IMG/VR virus record: IMGVR_UViG_3300032282_003280
Location: 27,275 to 91,274 of that record
Reading direction: 5' to 3' (one strand)
DNA from: a virus
DNA: 64,000 nt
Part shown: positions 22,601 through 30,284 of the stretch, one piece after another
How positions within the stretch are numbered: the stretch's first letter is position 1
How the letters are laid out: each line of letters begins with the position of its first letter
Program-made: the position numbers and the translations under genes
The notes under the pieces: model-generated
The model's input: only the letters and a program-made list of their open reading frames with translations
Told to the model about the DNA's origin: nothing
Databases searched by the model: none

Positions 22601-25591
22601 TTTTTTAGAATCTGTTGCTGCAGATGTAATAGCTGTAGTAGGAAGAGTTGAACTATAAGTATATTGTTCTGAAGTTTTTTCATTAGGTTTAACATCTGGT
22701 ACTACTTCTTCAGGATCTCCCTCTACTGGAATACCTGATTTATTACTAATTTCCTTTTGAGAATTTTTTAACTTATTTGTCTTCTCACGCTCTTTTGCTA
22801 ACTTAATAGCTTCTTCTGCTGCAAGCTCCTCTTTTGTTTTTTCAGCTTTATACTTAGATAAATCAGCTATATCTATTGTAGAAATATTACCTTCTGTATC
22901 CTCTACAGTAACTTTATTATCCTCTATGGAAGTTACTTTTACAGAACCTAAATTCTTTAGTTTTTCATTTCTTATATCAGCTTCTGCTAATGCATCTTTT
23001 TGATTATCATAAGTAACAACAGTCTCTCCCTTATAGGTAAGGTTGAAGGCATTTCCTTCCTGCATTACTTTATACTCACCCCCTGGTAAAGTTCCAGTAT
23101 AAGTACGACCAACCTGAATACCCTCTTTTTCGTTAGTAGGAACCTCTTCAGAAGGTTCTGCTTCTACATTATATATAGAGTCTTTCCATTTCTTGTAGTC
23201 AGAGGTAAATTTCTCATAACCTTTCTCAGAGAACAAATTATCATAAGCATCCCTAGCTATAACTTTGTCTCTACCTATTCTATTAAGGTCAGCACCTTTT
23301 TCAACTATAGATACTATTTGCTCTCTAGGGATAGACTGAAGATTTGATAAATTCCTATCAGAAACCTCATAGTTTAAAACATCTGAAGCTATTTTTAGTA
23401 AGTTATTCTCATCATTTGAGCTAATTGCAGTAGTTATATTAGAGGAAAGATTATTTAAATGTTGAATCTCCCTAAGAGTAGATACTCTTTGCTCATTTGG
23501 TATAGTTTTTTCATCTATACCTTTCTGAAGTTCTATAGCTTTTTGCTTATACTCATTACTAATGTTTCTAAGAGATTTTGTATCAGATATTCTCTGAGCA
23601 GCAGTATTATTAAGAAGTGGGTTTATAGATAATAACTCCTGAGATATATTATTTTCTCTTGAGGTATAATCCTTCTCCATATAAGAGTAGAAAGATAGGG
23701 CCCTTTTATACTCCTCAAATGCTGAATAATTCTCTGTATTATCTTTCGGGGAGAATGGGTTTTGAAATAAGTTAGATAAGGCATCTTCAGTTTTCTTAAT
23801 CTCACCTGCCTTATTGATTAACATATCTATATAAGAATGAGCACTTTCCTTATCTAACCCAAAAGTCTTAGACAATTCTTCCTGAGGGAGTTCCTTGAGG
23901 AGTTTTAACTGCTCAATCCTTAAATCAAACTGATTATTATCTATACCTGACTTTACAAAATTAAAGAACTCACTAGATTTAAAGTTCTTAAACTCATTTA
24001 TATTATTGTTCTTTACAGCTTCTTGTAGACCTTGGGCATTGTGCAAACTTTGAGCAGTTGCATCAAGTTTATTTGAGAATACAGCACCTATACCATTCTG
24101 ACTAAGAGCATTAATAGTTTTATTTGCAACCTCATCTTCTGATAACTTACCCATTTTTTTCTCTATACGAGATATAACAGGCCCTGTAATAGCACCAGTA
24201 AGACCGCCTATTAACATCTGTTCAAGACCTTCAGATGTACCAAATTGTTGCTTTAAACCTTCTATAGTAGAGTTAATAGCATCTTGAACCGTTAAGTTTT
24301 GTTTAGAGTTATACTTTTTTGTAAAGTAATCTTCAGTACCTTTTTCTACAGCATATTGACCACCCTCTTCAAAAACACCTTCTGTAAATATATTTCCGGA
24401 AGATCTTTTAGTTATATCCCATACTTTTGCACCTAATGTCTCAGGTTTAACAACTTTTAGGTTATCAATAGAACCTAATTCGTCTATAGCAGTAGAAAGT
24501 TTTATTTTTCCAGAACGAATCTCATTCTTTAAAGCAGAGAAAGGTTTTAGTATACTATCAAACTGAAGAGAATTTGATATACTTAATAGAGCTATATTTG
24601 CCCCATACCTAATATTTGCAGAACTTGTAGCTAAGTCTTCAATCTTTGTTAACTCTTCTCCAGTAGGGTTAAATCCATGCTCTGCTATATACTGATTTGT
24701 TAATTTTTCTTTTACATCATTATAACCTTGCCTTGCTTCCATTCCTGCTTCTGCATGTGCAGAAGTATATACACTTAAACCATATTGGATAGGTTTTGTT
24801 ATTTTTACTTGTCCTGCAGAGGCTGCTAAATCATTAAGGGTTAAAAAGTTTTTTTCGGTAGCACCTACAGTTTTCCCTAGATTTAGGACTTGTTCTACAT
24901 CATCAGTTTTTGAGAATATCTTACCAAGATATAAACCTGCTTTTGATACTTGATTTGAAATTAGTGGTATTTCACCTATACCCTCAGTAACAGCACCTAT
25001 AAGCGCATCCTGAACAGCTGCTCCTCCAATTGCACCAATAGTATAACCTAAATTTTTAAGAAACTTATCCCCCCAAAAATTAGCCATACCTGAAGGAGTT
25101 ACAGCACTCATAAAAGGATGTTCCTTTTCCCACTTAGTGTAGTAGTTAGGAAATTTATCCTCTAAGTTCTGCATCCATTTGTCAACCTCAAAAGATGCTT
25201 CATTTTTATAAATATTATCACCTTTAGATGCTCTTATAGCATCTGGAATAGTAAGCATTGCATTAGCAAAAGAACCTATAGCAAGTCCTCCCGTTTTAAC
25301 TAATGAATTACCTATTTGTTTATACCAAGGTTGAGCCTGACCATAAATTTCCTCATTATCTAATGAAGGATTATATATAGGGTACCTTGAAGATTCCTGT
25401 CCTGAGAAAGGGGTAAGTTGATTTGGTTGACCTTGCTCAAGTTTTAATGCCTGTTGTTTAAAAATATCTCCTAGAGACAGTTCTTGTGAAACTGGCTTTA
25501 CACTTGGATTATTTGGCTGAGGTATTGATTTATCAGCATTATAATTATCAGGTATAATTGGATTAATTTGGTTATTTATATCAAAAGGCAT
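13679..25591 (-). CDS. Virion-packaged two-barrel DNA-dependent RNA polymerase of crAss-like phages, with a long N-terminal cargo region and zincin-like domains
   Basis: 3970 aa; GFRIPTQ and catalytic KAGSDFDIDKL (DFDID at 16736-16750); FVDVAKDP; HEAFE (20819-20833) and HESYH (13838-13852). Confidence 0.92.
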   Translation of the reverse strand: MPFDINNQINPIIPDNYNADKSIPQPNNPSVKPVSQELSLGDIFKQQALKLEQGQPNQLTPFSGQESSRYPIYNPSLDNEEIYGQAQPWYKQIGNSLVKTGGLAIGSFANAMLTIPDAIRASKGDNIYKNEASFEVDKWMQNLEDKFPNYYTKWEKEHPFMSAVTPSGMANFWGDKFLKNLGYTIGAIGGAAVQDALIGAVTEGIGEIPLISNQVSKAGLYLGKIFSKTDDVEQVLNLGKTVGATEKNFLTLNDLAASAGQVKITKPIQYGLSVYTSAHAEAGMEARQGYNDVKEKLTNQYIAEHGFNPTGEELTKIEDLATSSANIRYGANIALLSISNSLQFDSILKPFSALKNEIRSGKIKLSTAIDELGSIDNLKVVKPETLGAKVWDITKRSSGNIFTEGVFEEGGQYAVEKGTEDYFTKKYNSKQNLTVQDAINSTIEGLKQQFGTSEGLEQMLIGGLTGAITGPVISRIEKKMGKLSEDEVANKTINALSQNGIGAVFSNKLDATAQSLHNAQGLQEAVKNNNINEFKNFKSSEFFNFVKSGIDNNQFDLRIEQLKLLKELPQEELSKTFGLDKESAHSYIDMLINKAGEIKKTEDALSNLFQNPFSPKDNTENYSAFEEYKRALSFYSYMEKDYTSRENNISQELLSINPLLNNTAAQRISDTKSLRNISNEYKQKAIELQKGIDEKTIPNEQRVSTLREIQHLNNLSSNITTAISSNDENNLLKIASDVLNYEVSDRNLSNLQSIPREQIVSIVEKGADLNRIGRDKVIARDAYDNLFSEKGYEKFTSDYKKWKDSIYNVEAEPSEEVPTNEKEGIQVGRTYTGTLPGGEYKVMQEGNAFNLTYKGETVVTYDNQKDALAEADIRNEKLKNLGSVKVTSIEDNKVTVEDTEGNISTIDIADLSKYKAEKTKEELAAEEAIKLAKEREKTNKLKNSQKEISNKSGIPVEGDPEEVVPDVKPNEKTSEQYTYSSTLPTTAITSAATDSKKVLTNVPSHIRRYLHFASIAKNLPNRENLRQIRFTLNQEGLIGIDGAIEHIAGTFPREKWVSPEDGIIALVTVEDTKDGAYFIDQEGKRVGKVGEKTDPTLLVYGTMSSTFAIKNNPELQESFKKTREDIFNAKGVDKFQFNLSAGFAIPSAEVNGVRERVPASKSLASEKVINNNKVLFVPDGQIVHQGRTVSIPKGRTVFQWEDTNYILRNRKLTNREKDVLYKLILKLANSTSKDYNFDPSIMSYLSNILFWNDTPKTSVNQIYVNPETFELILGNKGEKVFFTEEGIKEGEEKIKSFLDAAYFQVNKYTLDNNFNDSFYEITDIDEKGNPQTKEWKNYQDFLLSDKGRAIDEIPLYTSVRAISDSVPNDYNFDQKYIILSNAEIVSPKKEEVIVEEAPIEEEKPLVGEGVFKFDDGIEFKYTIDDEGRAILDMEDPNYQENLKNTIQTMNLKKLPDGRFLMAAIKDQLGGGFSDVDSAIIYLESTITESLQPSQNDLGQTENKVTKTTKGKVKDNRDYSRVGSANVPRMSAAEYADLANFMKEKLPQIPMVELNELIDTTDGGKAWGMLSNGITYIFKNAKAGTGYHEAFEAVWKYFLTEAQKQEILNEQRVKSGLFKDYRGKTIEYSKATDAQLKEKLADDFADYRLKQLSATSLSEKVLRFFNKLINWFKSVFSKKSMTNSLFEKISKGGFKEAVLPLDLTALEYSAIPGYSQEDTHDLIQDVIVKLLTGIVDNPDKSIFNTEDILSEDTLNSIRDDYSSFDNDEWSEIMNRVKIYLKRFNIEFDEASTANINIENSNRNDYSPEAFTVDVKKSSPYAVKLILASLPKTDSKLGKNDLGLTKVFKNDTGMELVYLNKVFAVLYDKLNGIRDINDMSKRIQELASEDSDYERLASRLKIDLNTGAINESSLNSDSLRLLLQFYNVFSKQKPIAWTMLNMDGDIKINESDQNSAIKQKVREWLYAFKTSDFVLKENGLYKVSPKITSTAIPNNPAGAVQFLNKLGIDFPINVVYNLSDKEKTNLISLANRIKSYANTKDSFKNIRSWQTIGISEPVSEISKLLLKASAEGQEVTSLNVENKRIQNYTGGNRVSSFEFDFNSAETLDELKSLYPELNDSFATNSLILKKDGYFWDEDGNKKKGVNIKVSYAQGFDDNGKGTSTARLTRPNAKLEEINLNAQGTYYVLIPADSSTQWSIDLYDFVSLNSFANPQGAWSKIYTIFQDYLKDEITLAQEYSIRDNNKNVKSKAKELRFFKDILPEGLQTKLSDIILKGENPNDFITENTEEINSSVKFFIEEKVKKSREELTKLNQIRTVEDNVYSIPLLLDSIFNDSKGLVVKDKYNLSSKQVDNILTFSNVNYIIANIEMHKILFGDPYQFKIKDGKLDETKRIKSYLSPRQTTHQSTNVDNMLNNMYNKAGNVELSSNDPGYTQFKPNITTIVTTIANNSEDIFGSLALSGNENYSKVTEADGSSTIMLTAFRQAKIKNGQWDNKQAESWYQWEMAYTRSQLSKKGEYNYSSENLKETDKKTLSKPKPEYKLEVLKSLYTGPKFGKSYIDNVIDKMSQMPLIYSAVEGYPNLEKLFVKMFKEGIDYVIMPSGRKEGIEEENNLYNQDGSFNTNPFNNKVELQWKHWGIQVENSYSDKKQTEGSQSNKIVTIDLFDKGIPTDIKLSKSEWDSLSEDDKKKMSPHYKAVVRFETIKKEKIKNGYYSLLSKIGVIEVPGNFPGTTRYQVVDSEKLANALKSEMYKRDLSDNIIESININPETGDFVIPFEANSSYIKIRDIIWSFVDKSITSPSMSGKALVQVTSLLWEKNGRQAMYKKDDKWEKVTDYEALTDEEKKTVVLTSTDLKFYTKDEPWCEVYLPNWFADKLKKLDIFQDNTDEEIIEYLNKTEEGRSILTGIGFRIPTQGLNSMEVFKVKGFLAPEMGNTVVVPSEITTKAGSDFDIDKLNTYLKNVYVDPFTKDLKLVPYYGVGTEAKEKLREFLDGKFETDALAIRYILSVEKPASKEEADLEKLIDKLYNQSLDNEYIDAMQELLQLPGNFNRLIEPNTSTDLQELASEINKLEMKSEESIKNKLLDRSYMSNLRYAFLTAKKWVGIGAVGITGTSVFQKSSIYIDPSKTENLDSRQNHYIGNGIINLPHNTVTIGGKVYPSLSGVMDKAGKYISNKLSQYINAFVDVAKDPFITDVIYSDKVVSTFMFLERLGVPMSTVAFFMNQPIIKQYVEWVENNEKQILDFVKDEQEFSEGVMNFIEGNNFSGPDVKEPTKFDEGVLKGNILRYNNPKYKSTLDNNFKYQQRQMLKEFFKYFAMAEQLFDFTQAYTYDTTNFRSSDALLRKQLRTEVAKGNIISSIDNLMDSSYVGTDAEYLEKSDLALSEYFKFNSNRISAILDPIKKIYSEKFVKADKFQNIADKITTSFIDYLSQIGAGLSNEVSNLMSGRESVAKKVLQAKSLYPANYLLDLIKIHDTGVEGSAVGIVIKAGSDGYSQDLFTGYLRELRDDIRTFDLYNDIVKAAIIQGIYTSPISFANLIPLEDYAANLAQIMNQIDSIPNLEEFNSQAMFQRQKWRDDDIIPDYLPPYFPATETRGASIPVFTTKVITDENGNKRQVNDLSIIQLNKTYDAKFASKPVIKIRAWAKDKFTGKLKDILTNRSLSTEEIKKARKEGFSPTEYFYGYKKVYNTDGTPLITINYKGEEQFLYKAINLLGDGTSINEYSDIIKPSSFNNNTEKVVELSDEEVVNMIKSSDKYTMKPEIITLKDGKKYQRQTLNLPYLLRLGYTEAEALEILPEFTLKSEDEIKNLAPTQPIGEEVKPNIRPLITVESAKAKGTFRGKPLLFVDGINSPKDKPVAMLNDKGKIVIVESVMRSKFNEKAWTRPSTQKDGSTTTPISENQFSKFEEWFTFALLHESYHDSIKKESTETIGQYEDRINEAALNDLKKNYLGTIISVSGGPTIDITNQNNCG

Positions 25592-28059
25592 TACTGAGAA
25601 TTATATTTTTTAGTGTAATAATCTTTAACTTCTGGTTGAGAGTGAGTTAGGGTATATACTAAATCTTCTCTTGTATATTTTTGACCGGTAAAAGGGTCAA
25701 TAGAGTTTGATACATTATTCAAACTTTGTACTATAACATCTACTGAATTAGGATTTGGTAAACTTGTTGTAGAATCATATTTAATATCTATTGCATTGGC
25801 CCCATCAAGAACTTTTATAGCATAGCCTCCAGAATAACCCTTAACTATTTTATATCTTAATTTTCCATCATCCGTAGTCATAGTATTTGGGCCAGAAGAA
25901 GGAGTACTACCGGTAAGATCTACAGTTTTTTGTAACCAACCATAAGGGCTTATATAGGGTACTATTTGTTGACTTCCTGTAAATTTTACTTGTTGAGTGC
26001 CTTCTTTTCCCTCAACACTAAAGGTGATATACTGTTGACCTGTTATATCAACATAAGAACCTATAGGTTTTATTTTTTCCTCATCTTTTATATCTTCTAA
26101 TCCTTGATTTACAACTTCTTGTTTTATTATCCTTCTTAGTGGTTGTACTTTTTCACCAGTCTCCGAAAATATATTAATTTTTGGAGCATATCCTATACCT
26201 CTATCTGCAAGTAGTTTATTTTGATACTCAACCCTTTTATCTAAAACATTGTTTATAGGTTTTATAATACCATCAACTACTTTACTGTATTCATTAGGAT
26301 TATTTACCAATTCCTTTAATCTATAAAATTCTGGACTTGATTTATATTTTTCAAGTATTGTATTTTTTGCAGTCTTTTCTGCATCATATCTTTGAGATCT
26401 TTCAGTACTTTGTTCGTTGATTTGCTGAGTAAGTTTATTTACATCATCATTAAACTTCTTAAAGGTTGTACTAAAATACGAGTTTGGAAGAATGTACAAA
26501 CCTCTTCCTGTAGGAGTCCCATCAGGAGAGTAGTTTTGTATATTTACAGTAATTCCTTTATTGTTAGTTATAGGAAATGCAGCAGTTGCTTCTTCTGCTG
26601 TTTTATTTTGTAACTCTTGAAGAGCATCAATTTGTAGACCTATTTGACGTTGTTGTTTTTTATAATCTAAATAATCTTTACTTGGAGAATTACCTTTTGC
26701 TATAGCATCTTCTTGAGCAGCTATATATGCAGTAAACTGAGCATCTTTTTGCTGAGGTGTTAAATTACTACCAGATTCTTTTAAACTATTAAAGTAAGTT
26801 TGTTTGAGTCTAGATGTTATACCTAATTGTTGAGTCTCTAATGATTTTATATTATCATGATTCTTATCTAATGAATATTTTGCTTCCTCACTAGGAGCAC
26901 CTCCTTGAACATCATACCCAAAACCCGGTGTAGTTGACTCCTTTACTTTTTGAGAAACATGATATAAAGGAGAATTTACATCTAAAGGTTCTCCTGTAGA
27001 AGGGTCTAGTCCGGCTTTTAAGAACTCTACATACCTATTAGCTAAAGGAGTTTCTTTTACCTCAGATTCAATATTTTGCTTTTGATATCTTATTATTGCA
27101 TCATTAGTTATAGAATTCCTAAATAAAGTATACTTTTTAGCACTGTCTGAAGCAGAAGTTAAGCCCTGTATAGTCTCCCTAAGGTTCCCTTCATTCTCAG
27201 CTAATATCTTTCTATACTTTGTTACTAAATCTGCATTATTAGGATTTGCATCTATTTGAGTTTGTATATTCTTATTTATAGAATCAAAGTGTTGTTTTAC
27301 TGTATCAATATAACCACCAATAGCTTTATTTATATCATCCGGTGTATGATTTCTAAACTCATAATCAGAGTCCATTTGAACAGCATCTTGATATTGAGGG
27401 TTTACCTGGAAGAAAGAGTTTACAGCATTTTTTATTGTGTCTGGAGAAACTAAACTTGATTTACTTATAACATACTCAAACTTACCATTCTCATTAATAT
27501 TGGTTGTTACATTAGGATCAAGCTCCTTTAGCATATCAGTTAGAGGTTTTCTATAATCCTGATATATAGAAGGTGATGACGGACCATTATAAATAGCTCC
27601 GGGAGTTTGATCATTATAATACTTTTGTATATATTGATCATCTCTGTATTTTGCTTGAGCAGGATATTTCTCTGGATTCTTTGAAGTCAACTCTCTTACT
27701 CCATTGTAATAAGATTTAATTTTATGAGTAGAAGCTACTGCATTTTGTATATCTTGATCTCTATATATCTCAGATGCCATAGAACCTACTTGAGATACCA
27801 TTCTTTGATTACCCCAGTCAGCACCTGCAAGATTGTTTATCTTTGTGGTTATATCATCTAACTTAGTCTGTAGATGTTCTTTATCTACATCACGTATTAA
27901 CTCTACTCCGGCTATTTTATCAAGGGTTCCCTCTATCTTCTGAACATTTTGGTCATACTGAGCTTGCTTTGCCATACCTATTTGAGCATATGTATTCACA
28001 TCATACGCTGGGGTATACTTAGCAAACTGAGGGTTAGGATTATCGTATTGAGAAGCCAT
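25591..28059 (-). CDS. crAss-like cargo/internal virion protein
   Basis: 822 aa with a helical N-terminus (KQAQYDQN); syntenic position before the RNAP. Confidence 0.65.
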   Translation of the reverse strand: MASQYDNPNPQFAKYTPAYDVNTYAQIGMAKQAQYDQNVQKIEGTLDKIAGVELIRDVDKEHLQTKLDDITTKINNLAGADWGNQRMVSQVGSMASEIYRDQDIQNAVASTHKIKSYYNGVRELTSKNPEKYPAQAKYRDDQYIQKYYNDQTPGAIYNGPSSPSIYQDYRKPLTDMLKELDPNVTTNINENGKFEYVISKSSLVSPDTIKNAVNSFFQVNPQYQDAVQMDSDYEFRNHTPDDINKAIGGYIDTVKQHFDSINKNIQTQIDANPNNADLVTKYRKILAENEGNLRETIQGLTSASDSAKKYTLFRNSITNDAIIRYQKQNIESEVKETPLANRYVEFLKAGLDPSTGEPLDVNSPLYHVSQKVKESTTPGFGYDVQGGAPSEEAKYSLDKNHDNIKSLETQQLGITSRLKQTYFNSLKESGSNLTPQQKDAQFTAYIAAQEDAIAKGNSPSKDYLDYKKQQRQIGLQIDALQELQNKTAEEATAAFPITNNKGITVNIQNYSPDGTPTGRGLYILPNSYFSTTFKKFNDDVNKLTQQINEQSTERSQRYDAEKTAKNTILEKYKSSPEFYRLKELVNNPNEYSKVVDGIIKPINNVLDKRVEYQNKLLADRGIGYAPKINIFSETGEKVQPLRRIIKQEVVNQGLEDIKDEEKIKPIGSYVDITGQQYITFSVEGKEGTQQVKFTGSQQIVPYISPYGWLQKTVDLTGSTPSSGPNTMTTDDGKLRYKIVKGYSGGYAIKVLDGANAIDIKYDSTTSLPNPNSVDVIVQSLNNVSNSIDPFTGQKYTREDLVYTLTHSQPEVKDYYTKKYNSQ

Positions 28060-28062
28060 TTA

Positions 28063-28094
28063 CAAATATATTAAATTTTATTGGTATCTCCAAG
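28063..28094 (-). promoter_or_regulatory. Bacteroidota-type promoter, probably giving a leaderless mRNA
   Basis: CTTG-N20-TATATTTG, then only TAA before ATG 28059. Confidence 0.6.
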
Positions 28095-28127
28095 TTTTAT
28101 TATTGATTTCAAAGAGATTAATTAAGA

Positions 28128-30260
28128 TTATTTCATAGAATTACCCCACTTAGCCATAGTTTTCTTCAAGGCTATCTTAGCACCATACTTAGCCTCTTCT
28201 TCTGGTTTATTTATAACCTCAGTTCTCATAAGTTTATTATCAGGACCATAAACTTGTTTTGTCTGTGTTTTTGACATTTCTGGGGATTTTGAAGATTGAC
28301 CAGTTACTAGTCTAGAATCAAAGTAATGAGGGTCATTCTGATTAACAAACTGACTGGTAGAAGGGTTATAACGATAACCAAACATATTTTCCATCATTCT
28401 TACTTGATTCTGTTGCTGTTTAGCCTGTTGTACTTTATCCACTATTGAGTTAGCTGCAGCATACTTACGAGACTTTGTAACAGCTTTATTCTTAGCCATG
28501 GTATCTTGTTGAATACCGGCAAATTGTAAATTCTGTAACATTGCACTATTTAGGAGACCTACATTCTTATTGGTAACATCTTCCTGAATAGCTTGGTTAG
28601 TCCTAAATTGGTCTGCAAGTACTTGAGAATCAGCATTATACTTCTGGGCACCTAGTACAGAGAGAGCCTCTGGATTATTGGGAAGTTGTTGAGTAAGAGC
28701 TCTAAAAGTAGAGTTATTTTCATTTAACTTATCCTGAAAAGATACTTGATAAGGAGTATATAAATTTGGTTGATATGAGAAGTGAGGTACATAATCAGGT
28801 CTTTCAGTAAGTGTTACCAACTCTGGGAGTACAGACAGTGGGTTAAAACCCATCTGATCAGCAAGAGATGTCTTTTTTACAGGTTGCATTGCTTTATTAT
28901 ATGCAGTCTGTTCAGCAATTCCTCTATTTAACTGACCTTGAGTAGCTTCTTTAGGGGTAAACTCATTACCAGGAATAGATAGTTCTTGCATTGGACTAAA
29001 ACCTAAAGAAGGCATTTCATTAGTAGTATACTTTTTATTTCCAGAAATTACTACCTCTGGCATTTGATTTATGTATTCTTTACCAGTTGCTTTTTTGTAG
29101 GCATTTTGAAGTTTTAAACTATTTGAGAACTTTAACTTCGAATCATCCCCAAAGTGAAGATGTTCTCCTGTCCAATGTTTAGTTTTTACTCCTCCTATAG
29201 AAGGTGCTTCATTTAAATAACCTAAATCGTTATTGGATATATACTCCATGACTTTAGGATTGTTCATAATAGACTTATTAAAGTCTTCAAAACTTGTATT
29301 ATTTCCAGGTTGTAAATCTACTGCTTTACCTTTTTGATGCCATGAAAAATCACCATCTGGTTTTCTTAGTGCAGAACTTACTTTATAAGGGATACCCTCT
29401 TGTTTTAATAAGTTAAGAAAACCTTGATAGCGAGTATCTAAACCATCTTCGGCCATCCCAAAGTAGTTAAGACCTTCAGGTACCATATTCATACCCATCT
29501 CAGCTTTAGAACCACCTCCTGCTACCCACCCGAAATAACGCCTTTGTTTAGGAGTAAGGGGTTGACCATGCACTGTTCCATCATGAAGAATTTCTCTTGC
29601 TTTCTCAGCAGATAACTGTCCACCGGCAGCATACATGAACTCTTGTGAGGGTGGGTCTACTTTAACTCGTAGGGTACCACCCTTCTTCATCTTCTTAGAG
29701 AGTTCCTGAGGTTCCATACCAAACTTATCGGCAGTACTAAGCATTGCATTCTGAGTAGTAGTCAATGTATCCTTCTGAAGATATGCTAAGTTATTCTGTT
29801 GATTAGCAGCATCTTGTAGAACTTTACCTGTATTAAAACTTAAGGCTTGATAGGGGTTATAGGGGCTGTTTGTATTAATATAGTCAGTAGCCTTAGTTTG
29901 GTTTTTAAAGGCTTTGTTCTCAATCTTTGCTATATCTTTGAATGCAGTCTTAAACTTTTGATTGGTTCCTGGTACTAACATATTACCTCCTACAATAGCG
30001 GAGTTGTCCATTGTTATACCATTATCAGATTGTGTTAAGAATGGTACAATAGATTGATCTCCTCCTCTTTGAGGTTGAATGTGCATAGTTTCCCCTGCTT
30101 CTGCCTCTATGACATTATTACCATAGCGAACCTTAGTACCACCCTTCTCATGAGACTTACCCTTTAGGAGAATAGTATTAGGACTTAACATCTCAAACTG
30201 ATTACCTTCTATCTGTAAACCAGTATCTGCTTTAGGGAGAGATTTTATACGTACCTTCAT
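28128..30260 (-). CDS. Cargo protein with GxSHExGG domain, xxGG-delimited modules and a peptidase M15-like (LAS) peptidoglycan hydrolase domain
   Basis: 710 aa; GKSHEKGG...EAEAGE; SALR...SWHQKGKAVD...EHLHF. Confidence 0.75.
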   Translation of the reverse strand: MKVRIKSLPKADTGLQIEGNQFEMLSPNTILLKGKSHEKGGTKVRYGNNVIEAEAGETMHIQPQRGGDQSIVPFLTQSDNGITMDNSAIVGGNMLVPGTNQKFKTAFKDIAKIENKAFKNQTKATDYINTNSPYNPYQALSFNTGKVLQDAANQQNNLAYLQKDTLTTTQNAMLSTADKFGMEPQELSKKMKKGGTLRVKVDPPSQEFMYAAGGQLSAEKAREILHDGTVHGQPLTPKQRRYFGWVAGGGSKAEMGMNMVPEGLNYFGMAEDGLDTRYQGFLNLLKQEGIPYKVSSALRKPDGDFSWHQKGKAVDLQPGNNTSFEDFNKSIMNNPKVMEYISNNDLGYLNEAPSIGGVKTKHWTGEHLHFGDDSKLKFSNSLKLQNAYKKATGKEYINQMPEVVISGNKKYTTNEMPSLGFSPMQELSIPGNEFTPKEATQGQLNRGIAEQTAYNKAMQPVKKTSLADQMGFNPLSVLPELVTLTERPDYVPHFSYQPNLYTPYQVSFQDKLNENNSTFRALTQQLPNNPEALSVLGAQKYNADSQVLADQFRTNQAIQEDVTNKNVGLLNSAMLQNLQFAGIQQDTMAKNKAVTKSRKYAAANSIVDKVQQAKQQQNQVRMMENMFGYRYNPSTSQFVNQNDPHYFDSRLVTGQSSKSPEMSKTQTKQVYGPDNKLMRTEVINKPEEEAKYGAKIALKKTMAKWGNSMK

Positions 30261-30284
30261 TATAAAGTTTTGTTTTTATTAGTA

